The position numbers were made by a program, and so were the translations under genes. Below the pieces are notes generated by a model that worked only from the letters and a program-made list of their open reading frames with translations, was not told where the DNA came from and did no database searches. Positions 24,701 to 37,558 of a DNA stretch of 64,000 nt are shown here, one piece after another. Source of the stretch: Eledone cirrhosa (taxonomy: Eukaryota); the NCBI GenBank assembly GCA_964016885.1, contig OZ024744.1, positions 9,486,001 through 9,550,000 on the forward strand. Direction: 5' to 3'. The stretch's first letter is position 1; each line of letters starts with the position of its first letter.

Positions 24701-27352
24701 GCAGGTCACTAACTTGTGATCCGAATAGTCAACCATGAACATTTTTGGACAGCTAAATGTGTCCCTATCCTTCTCTCTAACTAGGACCCTATCTAGGTAC
24801 GACCTAGATGTTCCGCTGCGATTGGTCCACGTCCATAGTGGTACAGTCGGAAAATCTAGTCGATATCTATCGGCCAGGTCAAATCGGCCGATTAACCTTT
24901 TGAGGCTTTTACACACCCCTCTATTGGCACATGCCCCAACATAGTCCCAACGTGCATCCAGGATACCATTCCAGTCCCCCACTAAAAGCAAGGAGCGGGA
25001 CGTTCCCAGAAAAGTTTCCAGACGTTGGAAGTATTCCGGCCGCGCTGCCCAAAAAGGGGCGTACACAGCTATTAGTCTAAGGGCTCCACTTTCACTACTG
25101 CCGACGTCTAAAACCACCAGTCGACCCTCCGGGTCCAGGTGCACCTTCTGTATGGCGAGGCCCAGGTGTTTTCGCAGCAGAACGACAACTCCACCCCCAC
25201 CCCCCGGTTGACAGAGTGATGCAAAGATCTCAAAGTCGTCGAAGAGGGGCGCCAGTTGGTGCTCGCTGCTGATCCTGGACTCGCAAATAGCCATTACATC
25301 CATTCTATGCGACCTGAGATCGTTTAAAAGTTTGCCTTGTTTCCAAGACAGTCCCAGGCCGCGTACATTCAGACACCCAACTCTTATATCAGCCATGTTG
25401 GTTAAAAGAGGAAGGACCTACCTGTTCGGCTCCTGAGGAGCAGGTTGCACAATATCCATGGGCGTATTGGAGGGGTTGTTTGGTTGGGTGTTATTCTGTG
25501 GTGGAGTGGGGGTGTTTGGTGAGGTGTGGGTGGGGAAACGTTTCAAGAGGACGCGGTTATAGGGTCGAGTACATGTTTTCCCCACGTCCTCAGGAAAGTT
25601 CTCTCTTAGTTTTGCATAGGTGTCCATTGGGATTCTTATCATTTTTAAATGCGGTTTGTTGGCCGCGCTTGCAAAGAATTGCCCTTCAGTTTCCACCGAA
25701 GGGTCTTTGTGTATTGTTTTTACTAGTTCTTTGTTATTTGTGTTAATGTATGTATACTGTTTTATTTGTGTTGTGTTTGTTTGTTGTTCTTGTGTGTGCT
25801 TACGTTTTGTTGTATGTGTTGTGTTTTGGGGTGGGGCGGATTTTGTTTGTTCTGTTTGTTTTGTTTTTGTTGGTGGTTGTGTGTTTGTTTCGTTTATGTT
25901 CGAGTGGTGCTTTCTTTTTTTCCTTTTTACAGGTTGGAAGGGTTCCCCCTCTTCGTCACTAGGTGCCGTTTCAGCTGGGTCCTCGTCCGTGCTGTCGGGT
26001 AGTGGTGTATTTTGGGGTTTTGTTGTATTTGTGTGTGTTTTGGGAGTTGTTTTGGGTGGGGCCGTGTCTTGTGTTATTTTTCCGTGTTGTTTTTGTTGTT
26101 GTTGTGGTGGTGGTGGTGGTGGTGGTGGTGGCGGTGTGTGGGGTGTAGGCAAAAGAGCCTTTTTTTTTGTCAATTGAGGACAAGCAGCCCTTAGATGACC
26201 CCTGCTTGAACAGTAGTAACATATGGGCCTCCTACCCTCGGCTGAAATGTATATAAATGTTTCTCCATCGAGGGACACCCTCTGTGGTATTCTAGCTATT
26301 CGTTCTGGTCTCATTTGGACCAGAACCTCCACGCTCAAACCGCCGAAAACGTCTGTGGTGACTTCTCCTACTGAGAGGATTCCGTCCTCGTCTTCTAAAA
26401 ATCCTGTTAGTACCCAGGAAATGCATGCATTTGGCCGGATTCCGGAGACCCTTATCTTCTGCGTTCTTTTCCCTAAATATGTGGGGAAAAATGTGTGTAG
26501 CTTGGAAACAATTGGCGCCACAGAGTATTTCCTGGCCATCAATTGATCCTTCATTAGGACCGTTATATTCCCATAGAGTGGCCCTTTTTGTATGAACGAT
26601 ATATCACTCCACACATTTTTTAGGACCAACCAATCTCTTTTTGGGATAATTGAGCTGGTTTCCTTGTTATGTTGGAAATTGTTCTGAAGGATATCGTTCT
26701 TAGCGTCATGTCTCTTTTGATTTCTTGTGGGGAGGTGATTGTGAAGTCTCCTCCTTCTTTGAAAGTTACATACTGTTTTGCTTCCTTCATCTTTTCTCTC
26801 AGAGTTGTAATGTCCAGTTGCTTGCAGGTCTGTGTTTTCCGGACCGCCTGTGCAAAGGAGGCACCAGTAGTGGGTTCGCTTTGTTTGGTGTTTTCGTTAT
26901 TTTTTCCTTGGTTGGTGTTGTGACTATTGCTGTTATTGTCGTTGTTGTTTTTGTCTGCGTTTATGTGACTTTCTGGGTTTTCACCCATTTTTACAAATTT
27001 TTCTTTTAATTCCGTGTTCCATGTTTCTTTTGCAGAAGTGAGGAGGGAAGACTTAGAGCCTTGTGCTTCTAGCTTCTCTGTATCACCTTTCTAAGGGGGC
27101 GTGGCTTTCACGTTAGGATGAGATGTGAAAATTCCGTCCATTTCTATTAGTTTGCCGTAATAAATTTTTAACTGGAAAATTCACCCCAAAAAGGGGCGAA
27201 AATAAATAAACTCAAAGTTTGACGACCAAGACAAGGGGTTAACGTATATTACAGTATAAAAAAATAAATCAAAACTCACTTTTTGAGTAAGTAAATCCGA
27301 CTCGGTAGCCGAGCTTGTTCACACACGTCAACACACGTCTCTCGTATACGAG
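21757..27352 (-). mobile_element. Apparently full-length, frameshifted Tx1/L1-clade LINE
   Basis: ORF1 (~26988-25418) with CCHC knuckle CYYCSSRGHLRAAC; ORF2 (25396-21994) with APE (GCLNVRGL, GDWN, SDH), RT (RQGCPLSP, AYANDV) and C-terminal CPRC..H...C; ends AATAAAGAAACC. Confidence 0.95.
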
Positions 27353-29172
27353 ATGTTATGTGAGATATTATGTGAGGTAAAGCCTTTACTGTGGAAATAC
27401 AATAGTATATATAGAGTAATGTAAATGTTATGTGAGATATTATGTGAGGTAAAGCCTTTACTGTGAAAATACAATAGTATATATAGAGTAATGTAAATGT
27501 TATGTGAGATATTATGTGAGGTAAAGCCTTTACTGTGACAATACAATAGTATATATAGAGTAATGTAAATGTTATGTGAGGTATTATGTGAGGGAAAGCC
27601 TTTACTGTGGAAATACAATAGTATATATAGAGTAATGTAAATGTTATGTGAGGTATTATGTGAGGTAAAGCCTTTACTGTGAAAATACAATAGTAAATAT
27701 AGAGTAATGTAAATGTTATGTGAGATATTATATGAGGTAAAGCCTTTACTGTGAAAATACAATAGTTTATATAGAGTAATGTAAATGTTATGTGAGGTAA
27801 AGCCTTTACTGTGGAAATACAATAGTATATATAGTGTAATGTAAATGTTATGTGAGATATTATGTGAGGTAAAGCCTTTACTGTGAAAATACAATAGTAT
27901 ATATAGAGTAATGTAAATGTTATGTGAGGTAAAGCCTTTACTGTGGAAATACAATAGTATATATAGAGTAATGTAAATGTTATGTGAGGTAAAGCCTTTA
28001 CTGTGGAAATACAATAGTATATATAGAGTAATGTAAATGTTATGTGAGATATTATGTGAGGTAAAGCCTTTACTGTGAAAATACAATAGTATATATAGAG
28101 TAATGTAAATGTTATGTGAGATATTATGTGAGGTAAAGCCTTTACTGTGAAAATACAATAGTATATATAGAGTAATGTAAATGTTATGTGAGGTAAATCC
28201 TTTACTGTGGAAATACAATAGTATATATAGAGTAATGTAAATGTTATGTGAGATATTATGTGAGGTAAATCCTTTACTGTGGAAATACAATAGTATATGT
28301 AGAGTAATGTAAATGTTATGTGAGATATTATGTGAGGTAAATCCTTTACTGTGGAAATACAATAGTATATATAGAGTAATGTAAATGTTATGTGAGATAT
28401 GTGAGGTAAATCCTTTACTGTGGAAATACAATTGTATATATAGAGTAATGTAAATGTTATGTGAGATATTATGTGAGGTAAAGCCTTTACCGTGGAAATA
28501 CAATAGTATATATAGAGTAATGTAAATGTTATGTGAGGTATTATGTGAGGTAAAGCCTTTACTGTGGAAATACAATAGTATATATAGAGTAATGTAAATG
28601 TTATGTGAGGTAAAGCCTTTACTGTGAAAATACAATAGTATATATAGAGTAATGTAAATGTTATGTGAGATATTATGTGAGGTAAAGCCTTTACTGTGGA
28701 AATACAATAGTATATATAGAGTAATGTAAATTTTATGTGAGATATTATGTGAGGTAAATCCTTTACTGTGGAAATACAATAGTATATATAGAGTAATGGA
28801 AATGTTATGTGAGATATTATGTGAGGTAAATCCTTTACTGTGGAAATACAATAGTATATATAGAGTAATGTAAATGTTATGTGAGGTATTATGTGAGGTA
28901 AAGCCTTTACTGTGGAAATACAATAGTATATATAGAGTAAAGTAAATGTTATGTGAGATATTATGTGAGGTAAAGCCTTTACTGTGACAATACAATAGTA
29001 TATATAGAGTAATGTAAATGTTATGTGAGGTATTATGTGAGGTAAAGCCTTTACTGTGGATATACAATAGTATATATAGAATAATGTAAATGTTATGTGA
29101 GGTATTATGTGAGGTAAAGCCTTTACTGTGGAAATACAATAGTATATATAGAGTAAAGTAAAAGCTAAAGTG
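27353..29172 (-). repeat. 72-bp minisatellite array B2 ending in a piggyBac-like terminus
   Basis: About 25 units with 60-bp variants; ends GCTAAAGTG|TTAA (TTAA at 29173-29176). Confidence 0.95.
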
Positions 29173-29197
29173 TTAAATTAAATTGATATTATTACAG

Positions 29198-29493
29198 ATG
29201 CGACTTGTAGCAGCCGAGATGGTGTTGATAGAAAATCTGACTATTTAGACACGGTTGTGAAAAAGGAACCTGCTACATCAGAATCTGTTGATGATGGCAA
29301 CAATGTTAGTGATACAAATCATTGCAAGTTGCATTCAGACTCGGTCGATGTGAAGGTCGCTGTTGGATGTGCGACAACAACAAGCCTTGTTGATCTGCTG
29401 CAGATGGATCTCGCTGATGCACTGCAACAAAACAAACAGCTACATCAGTTGGTGACTCAATTACACCAGCAGCATCACGAGAACAGCCTAAAG
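29198..29493 (+). CDS. BRE1: BRE1 coding exon 5
   Basis: Open in the required phase (1 to 0); ...ALQQNKQLHQLVTQLHQQHHENSLK; TTACAG acceptor, GTTTGT donor. Confidence 0.85.
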
Positions 29494-29532
29494 GTTTGTA
29501 TTTACTTTAATGTGTGTGTATTATCATCTAGT

Positions 29533-30230
29533 ATCTAGAATAAGGACGGGTTGGGAGAAGTTTATGGAGCTGCTTCCTCTGTTGACAAAGAAGGGTTTCT
29601 CCCTACGAACGGTTATATGATGCTTGTGTGAGATGCGCGATGATGCATGGTCGTGAAACATGGGCAGGAACTGAGGAGGATATGCGACGACTGGAGAGAA
29701 ATGAGGCAAGCATGCTCCGTTGGATGTGCAGTGTCAATGTGCGTGAACGACCAAGCATAGACGAGTTGAGAGAGAAACTGTATAAGAGGAATAAGTTGTA
29801 GTGTGTGAGTGAAGACTGCGATGGTATGGACATGTGATGTGCATGGAGGATGACCGCTGGGTAAAGAAGTGTCAAGAAATCCCAGTAGAAGGAAGACCAT
29901 GAAAGACATGGGCGGAGGTGGTGAGAGTGACACTGTATATAAGAGGGATAAACTGTAGTGTGCAGGAGAGAAGACTGAGATGGTATGGACATGTGATGTA
30001 CATGGAGGATGACCGCTGGGTAAAGAAGTGCCAAGAAATCCCAGTAGAAGGAAGATGCAGTAGAGGAAGACCACGAAAAACATGGGCGGACGTGGTGAGA
30101 GCTGACCTCAGATCGCTGAACCTCACAGAGGAGATGACGAGGGACCGTGACGAATGAAGACATGCTGTGCTGAATAGGACCCGTCCAACCCTTTCAAGCA
30201 TGGAAAAATGGACGTAAAATAATGATGAGA
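29533..30230 (+). mobile_element. RTE LINE 3' fragment with an internal duplication
   Basis: The RRLRWYGH segment occurs twice; 3' tail present. Confidence 0.88.
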
Positions 30231-31093
30231 ATGATGGGTGCTTTTTGCCGTGTCTTTTACACGTCCACTTTACAGTGGGTATTTCAGGGCTGGTTCTCTA
30301 TGGTTGGATGCCCTTCCTAACGCCAACCACATTGTGTGCTGGGTGCTTTTTGCTGTGACACCTATACAATCACTTTACGGTGTGGACTGTGGACCTTTGT
30401 TGTGTCACCAACACAACACACTGGGGACTAGGGAGGGTGGAGTAGCTTGGGAAAGAAAATGTGGTCAATTCCATTTTCGTCCACTGTAAAGTGGTCGTGT
30501 CGGTGACACGACAAAAAGCACCCGGTCCACACTTTAAAGTGTTTGTGGAGATAAAAAGGCTCCCAGTCCACACTGTAAATGTGGTTGGTATTAGGAAGGG
30601 CATCCTGTCATAGAAAACGTACCAGAGACAGTTCTGTACGAGCGAGACATGGTCTCACAATCAATCTCGCCTCAAGTAGGACAAAACCGTCCAACTCATG
30701 CTAGCGTGGAAGATAGACGTTAAATGCATCTTTCTTCAAAATTATGGACCCCATCATTCACCATTCCATGCCAACTTTCTCTATCAAGAGCTTCTATCTA
30801 CCCGTCAGCCATCATCAAACCAGTTTTTTTCTATGAGTCCTTTACACAATCCTTGAATCGGAGCCTTGGCTTGTGAGGTGGTCTCTTACACTTACAAAGC
30901 TCGCCATACAAGAGTTGTTTTGGGATTCAATCATCCTCCGTTCTGCAGAGGTGTCCAGTCCATCCCAAACGCCGTTGGTGGATGATACTCTCAATGCTCC
31001 GACACTCACTTCTCTCAAGGACCTCGACATCACTCACATGCATCTGTCACTTGTTGACATGTTACAGAGTTTTCTCCTCTTACTTCTCTTTAG

Positions 31094-31312
31094 GTATCTG
31101 AATTACAAGACAAAGTCACTGCTGCAGAGACTGGCAATGCTGAATTACGAAACAAAGTTGATGACTTGGAGTATGATTATGAAAAGGCTGATCAACGTGC
31201 CAGAAAATTAGACCGACGACTAGCTGACAGTCTGCAGAAGTTGCGGGGTTATGAAGAGGACCCAGTTGTACATGAAGGGGGCCGTACCATCTCTGGTGTT
31301 TCAAAGAATAAG
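31094..31312 (+). CDS. BRE1: BRE1 coding exon 6
   Basis: VSELQDKVTAAETGNAELRNKVDDLEYDYEKADQRARKLDRRLADSLQKL; CTTTAG acceptor, GTAAGG donor; 219 nt. Confidence 0.93.
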
Positions 31313-31461
31313 GTAAGGCTGAATGTTACCTGTTCCGTCGTTCACTCTTTGACTATCTCATTGCTCAGTATGTATACTCCTCCTTCAACCCATATATGTT
31401 AATTCTCGCTTTCTCTCTCTCTAAGTTGTTGACTGTGACATTGAACATCTGACCAACACAC

Positions 31462-32510
31462 GTCTAGAATAAGGACGGGTTGGAAGAAGTTTAGGGAGCT
31501 GCTTCCTCTGCTGACAAAGAAGGGTTTCTCCCTACGAACGAAAGGCCGGTTATATGATGCTTGTGTGAGATGCGCGATGCTGCAAGGTAGTGAGACATAG
31601 GCAGCAATTGAGGAGGATATGCGACGGCTGGAGAGAAATGAGGCAAGCATGCTCCGTTGGATGTGCAATGTCAATGTGCTTGAATGACCGAGAGAAGAGA
31701 CTGAGGTGGTATGGACATGTGATGAGTTGAGAGAGAAACTGTGTCTGAGAGGGATAGAATATAGTGTGCGAGAGAGGAGACTGAGGTGGTATGGACATGT
31801 GATGAGTTGAGAGAGAAACTGTGTCTGAGAGGGATAGAATATAGTGTGCGAGAGAGGAGACTGAGGTGGTATGGACATGTGATGTGTTGAGAGAGAAACT
31901 GTGTCTGAGAGGGATAGAATATAGTGTGCGAGAGAGGAGACTGAGGTGGTATGGACATGTGATGAGTTGAGAGAGAAACTGTGTCTGAGAGGGATAGAAT
32001 ATAGTGTGCGAGAGAGGAGACTGAGGTGGTATGGACATGTGATGTGTTGAGAGAGAAACTGTGTCTGAGAGGGATAGAATGTAGTGTGCGAGAGAGGAGA
32101 CAGGTGGTATGGACATGTGATGTGTTGAGAGAGAAACTGTCTGAGAGGGATAGAATGTAGTGTGCGAGAGAGGAGACTGAGGTGGTATGGACATGTGATG
32201 AGTTGAGAGAGAAACTGTCTGAGAGGGATAGAATATAGTGTGCGAGAGAGGAGACTGAAGTGGTATGGACATGTGATGTGCATGAAGGATGACCGATGGG
32301 TGAAGAAGTGCCAGGAAATGCCAGTTGAAGGAAGACGTGGTAGAGGTAGACCACGAAAAACATGGGCGGAGGTGATGAGAACTGACCTCAGATCACTGAA
32401 GCTCACGGTGGAGATGACGAGTGGGGAGATGCTGTGCTGAATAAGACCTGTCCCACCCTTGCAAGCAGGGAAAAGCGGACGTAAAATGATGATGATGATG
32501 ATGATGATGT
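31462..32510 (+). mobile_element. RTE LINE 3' fragment containing an 80-bp tandem array (~7 units, 31690-32280)
   Basis: The unit derives from the ELREKL...RRLRWYGHVM coding segment. Confidence 0.9.
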
Positions 32511-32632
32511 TGCCATGGGTTAACACACACAGACAGACATCCTCAGTTTTGCTACAGAGTAGGTAGACCCAGAACAACCTGGGATGATCTAATAAATTCC
32601 GACCTCGCACACTTACACCTCTCTAAGACAAT

Positions 32633-33058
32633 GTCACTGGACCGAGACCTTTGGCGCTACGCAGTAATACAGAAGACCCGCCTTGCCTATATACAAAGCG
32701 AAACCTACAGTCAGTAGGCACCTCCTAATTAAAAACACAACCCCGCCCCATCCACACCACCCCTTTCGATGTAAAGTTATGTTGGTACCACGACATCCAG
32801 CCCGAAACAAATGAGGTCGTGTAGGTGTCACGACAAAAAAACACACAGTCCACGCTGTAATGTGGCCGTGTAGGCAACACGGTAAAAACCTCCCAGTCCA
32901 CACTGTAAACGTGGTTGGTGTTAGGAAGGGCATCCAGCCGTAGAAAACCCGCCAGACAGTCCTATACGAGTCAGACAACCAATCTTGCCTCACGTGGGGC
33001 AATTCTCGTCTAAACCCATGCTAGCGTGGAAGATGGACGTTAAATGATGATGATGGTG
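32633..33058 (+). mobile_element. RTE 3' end / 3' UTR
   Basis: Reverse complement of 5800-6260; (GAT)n tail. Confidence 0.85.
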
Positions 33059-33126
33059 ATTTTTAAAAGTTATCTTTTCTAAACTATGAAAGCAATTCCA
33101 GTGCTAACATGTTTCTTTCCTGACAG

Positions 33127-33266
33127 CTTGATGAGATCAGTACGGAATTGGAAGAACAACGGGAGTTTGCTAACACTCGACTTAGTGAATTGGAGACACT
33201 CAGCAAGGACCAACCTCCGCTACCACTCGACTTAGTGAATTGGAGACACTCAGCAAGGACCAACCT
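33127..33266 (+). pseudogene. Truncated duplicate of BRE1 exon 7 (copy 7a) with an internal ~50-bp duplication
   Basis: LDEISTELEEQREFANTRLSELETLSKDQ after GCTAAC...TTTCCTGACAG; the native donor is absent. Confidence 0.8.
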
Positions 33267-33648
33267 CTCCTCTTCTTCCTTTCATTGTGCTCAAATTAGT
33301 GGTGCCAGTCCTGAAGTTTGGAAGTTTACCATAATAGTCGGAGAGGGAAGATGAGTGTGGGTACTTGTGGAGGTGGTTGCTTGCTTTCTGCATCTGAAAT
33401 AAAGGTTTGCATGGTCGCTCAGGAACACGTGGATTCATATTCATATGTTGGGTTGTTCCATCATTGTAGTCCATCCATAATAAACAAAAATAAAGAATGA
33501 TAGTAGCACTAATAATTAATGTTTCGAATAGTGAGTCAAGGTATATATGTATTGCTGTGGTTTGGTTGGTCTGTGAGGGTAAAGTGGTGTGTGGGGCAGG
33601 TGAGAGGGAATGGAGAGATAGAATGAGGTAACTGAATTAGTTTCTTAA

Positions 33649-34861
33649 CCCTTTAGTGTTCAAACCGCCGAAATTATTTCCCCTTCATTTGTTCAAACTG
33701 CCCGAAATCGCCCGATAACACCCACACTAAAAAATCGTTAAAAAAATAAACAAACCATCATCAAAATATCGTCGATTCGAGACTACTGGGAGATTAGGCC
33801 CTTACCGCGAAAATTAACACTTAATATAGTGAAACAACTTAAAACAACAAGTGTTTTTTAACTTTGAAAGTTCAAATAATTTTTTATTTGTAACAACATG
33901 GCTTGTGAAGCGATACCGACTTTGAAGGTTTTACACACGACAACATTCAGAATGAACAAGAAACAAAAGATAATATTAGTGATTTATCTTCAAATGTTTA
34001 CATTTTTGAAATTTCGTCCGACGATGATTGTTTTGAAAGTGAAAACGAAGGAGATCTCCAGGGCGCCATTGAAAATATTACAGCAACATGGTTGAAAAAT
34101 ACCACACCAATATATGTTCCTGATTTTATTCAAAATACTGGTCCACAACACATTAGCTCCCGATGATAAAGCACTGGTTTATTTATTTTTATTTTTACCA
34201 CAAACTTTCTTCGAAGTTGTTGCAGAAAAGATTAATCGATATGCCCAACAACAGATTTCAAATCAAGGAAAACCCGATCTGTTTGACGACCGACAGATCC
34301 TGCGGAAATGCAAGCATTTTTTACCGTAAATATTATGTTCGGTATAAAACAATTTCCAAGACTGTCGAAATACTGGAACACTGATATAAGGTTTAGTGAT
34401 TCTTATATATCAAGTATTATGCCGAAAACAACGTATTTAAAATTAAACCAGTATTTGCACCTGGTTGATACTTCAAATGCCCCTATTAATTAATTTCACC
34501 TGCCCATAAAAGTCAAATTTGACCAAAAAATCAGGTAAAATTATATAATTGTAAATTATTGATATTTAAACATCTACTGACAAAATTTCAAGCCTGCACA
34601 TAGAAAATTAAGAAAATTACAAACAAATAAAATTGATAACCCTCTTGAGTATGATTAACTGAAAATAATTGTTTCTACTTTTGGCACAAGGCCAGTAATA
34701 ACCCAGTGTATTACTGGTACTTTATTTTATCCACCCCGTAAGGATGAAAGGCAAAGTTAACCTCGGCGGGATTTGAACTCAGAATGGCAAGGGCCGTAAC
34801 TCTATGCGTCAATGCGAACAGATAAGCATGACATTTGAAAATTAATGTGACTGCTAAAGGG
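33649..34861 (+). mobile_element. Defective piggyBac element (second copy)
   Basis: TTAA|CCCTTTAGTG...CTAAAGGG|TTAA; near-identical to 14459-15678. Confidence 0.9.
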
Positions 34862-35016
34862 TTAACTGAACTTATAACAGGATAAATAAAATGTCCGAAT
34901 AGGCTATGTTATAACATGGCGAAAAAATTTCAATGCTTGTAAATACGAATGATGGAGAACATAGTTTTTTAAATACTTGAATTCATTCCAGCGCTAACCT
35001 GTTTCTTTCCTGACAG

Positions 35017-35103
35017 TTTGATGAGATCAGTACGGAACTGGAAGAACAACGAGAGTTTGCTACCACTCGACTTAGTGAATTGGAGAATTGCCCTCTGAGA
35101 CAG
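35017..35103 (+). pseudogene. Truncated duplicate of BRE1 exon 7 (copy 7b); possible in-frame cassette exon
   Basis: FDEISTELEEQREFATTRLSELE+NCPLRQ; intact acceptor; CAG|GTCAGG at 87 nt keeps phase 0. Confidence 0.75.
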
Positions 35104-35274
35104 GTCAGGAACATGTCTCATTCACATGTTACAATCTTGGCATGATTTCTATGGCTGAATAACTGTATCAAACCTCTTTAAAGAGTGTACTGGGTGAGGA
35201 CACTTACCCTAACAGCCAGGGTGACCATGGCATTTTGTGGGCTTTCTCCATGAGTGACATTCGGAAAATACCCA

Positions 35275-35770
35275 TCATCATAATCATTTCATTTTACGTG
35301 TGCTTTTCCTTGCTTGCAAGGGTGGGACGGGAACTGATTCTGGCTTGATTTCTACAGCTGGATGCCCTTCCTAAGACAAACATCATTTACAGTGAGGGCT
35401 GGGTGCTTTTTTGTTCCGTGGCGCCTACACGTCCACTTTACAGTGTGGGCTGGGTGCTTTTTTGTTCCGTGGCGCCTACACGTCCACTTTACAGTGTGGG
35501 CTGGGTGCTTTTTTGCCTTGGCACCTCCACGATCACTTTACAGTGTGGGCTGGGTGCTTTTTTGCTGTGACATCTCCACGACCACTTTGCAGTGGAATGA
35601 TAGGGACGCCAGTCCCTATCATCTCATTTCTACAGCTGAGTAAACTGGAGCAACGTGAAATAAAGAGTCTTGCTCAAGGAAACAACACATCACCCAGTCT
35701 GAGAATTGAACTCACAACCTTTCGATTGCAAGCCCAATGCTCTAACCACTAAGCCTTCATGTGCCTCCAT
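35275..35770 (-). mobile_element. tRNA-derived SINE, family B
   Basis: Reverse complement of the 9479 family. Confidence 0.85.
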
Positions 35771-36159
35771 CTACTGAGGAATTTTCTTTTGTTCAACTTT
35801 TTATGTTTGTTGTTTCTGTTCACTATTTTTACACAAAGAAGCCCACATTGTGCCAGCCAGTACTGACTTTAACCATTTAGCATTTACATTACTCTATATA
35901 TACTATTGTATTGTCACAGTAAAGGCTTTACCTCACATAACATTTACATTACTCTATATATACGATTGTATTGTCACAGTAAAGGCTTTACCTCACATAA
36001 TATCTAACATAACATTTACATTACTCTATATATACTATTGTATTTTCACAGTAAAGGCTTTACCTCACATAATATCTCACATAACATTTACATTACTCTA
36101 TATATACTATTGTATTTTCACAGTAAAGGCTTTACCTCACATAACATTTACATTACTCT

Positions 36160-37113
36160 CATCATCATCATCATCATCATCGTTTAACGTCCGTGTTCCA
36201 TGCTTGCATGGGTTTGGACGGGAGTTTTCCCACTTGAGGCAAGAGTGGTTGTCTTGCTCGCATAGGACTGTCTGGCGGGTTTTCTACAGTTGGATGCCCT
36301 TCCTAACACCAACCACATTTACAGTGTGGGGCTGGGAGGTTTTTACCGTGTTGCCTACACGGCCACATTACAGCGTGGACTGTCTGGCAGGTTTTCTACA
36401 GCTGGATGCCCGTCCTAACACCAACCACATTTACAGTGTGGGACTGGGAGGTTTTTACCGTGTTGCCTACACGGTCACATTACAGCGTGGACTGTGTGTT
36501 TTTTTGTCGTGACACCTACACGATCTCATTTGTTTCGGCCTGGATTTTGTGGCACCAACATAACTTTACATTGAAAGGGGTGGTGGGGTGGTGGGACGGG
36601 GGTGTATTTTGTTAGAGATGCCTACTGACTAGTAGGTTTTACTTTGTATTTAGGTAACGCGGGTCTTCTCTATTACTGAGTACCGCCAAAGGTCTCGGTC
36701 CAGAGACATTGTCTTGGAGAGGCGTAAGTGTGTGAGGTCGGAATTTATCAGCTCGTCCCAGGTTTTTCTGGGTCTGCCTACTCCGTGGCTACTGTCTATC
36801 TTTATTGCCCTGCACTTTGCTATACAGCTGTCGTCTTTCATGCGCATCACGTGACCATACCAACGTAGCCTTCTCTCGAATAAACAACATCTGATCCCTC
36901 TTATTTCTAATTTTTTCCTTAGTTCGTTTATGCTTTGCCGTTCGCGTATATTATTATTACACATCCAGCGGAGCATGCAAGCTTCGTTCCTCTCTAGTCT
37001 GCGTATATCCTCTGCACACAATGCCCAGCTCTCACTGCCATGCAACATTGCTGTTCGTATGCAGGCATCATACAACCTGCCTTTCATTTTTAGGGAGAAC
37101 CCTTTAGCGGATA
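36160..37113 (-). mobile_element. RTE 3' fragment nested in the minisatellite
   Basis: ORF 36650-37087; (CAT)n tail at 36160; flanked by TACTCT on both sides. Confidence 0.92.
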
Positions 37114-37558
37114 ATACTCTATATATACTATTGTATTTTCACAGTAAAAGTGTTACCTCACATAATATCTCACATAACATTTACATTACTCTATATATAC
37201 TGTTGTATTTTCACGGTAAAAGCTTTACCTCACATATTATCTCACATAACATTTACATTACTCTATATATACTATTTTATTTTCACGGTAAAGGCTTTAC
37301 CTCACATAATATCTCACATAACATTTACATTACTCTATATATACTATTGTATTTTCACAGTAAGGTCTTTACCTCACATCATATCCCACATAACATTTAC
37401 ATTACTCTATATATACTATTGTATTTTCACAGTAAAGGCTTTACCTCACATAATATCTCACATAACATTTACATTACTCTATATATACTATAGTATTGTC
37501 ACAGTAAAGGCTTTACCTCACATAATATCTCACATAACATTTACATTATTCTATATAT

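Noticed and set aside
27328-29139. YFHSKGFTSHNISHNIYITLYILL repeat ORFs (also at 13100, 39137, 47536)
   Set aside because: Translations of the 72-bp minisatellite, with no real start codon and frequent frameshifts.
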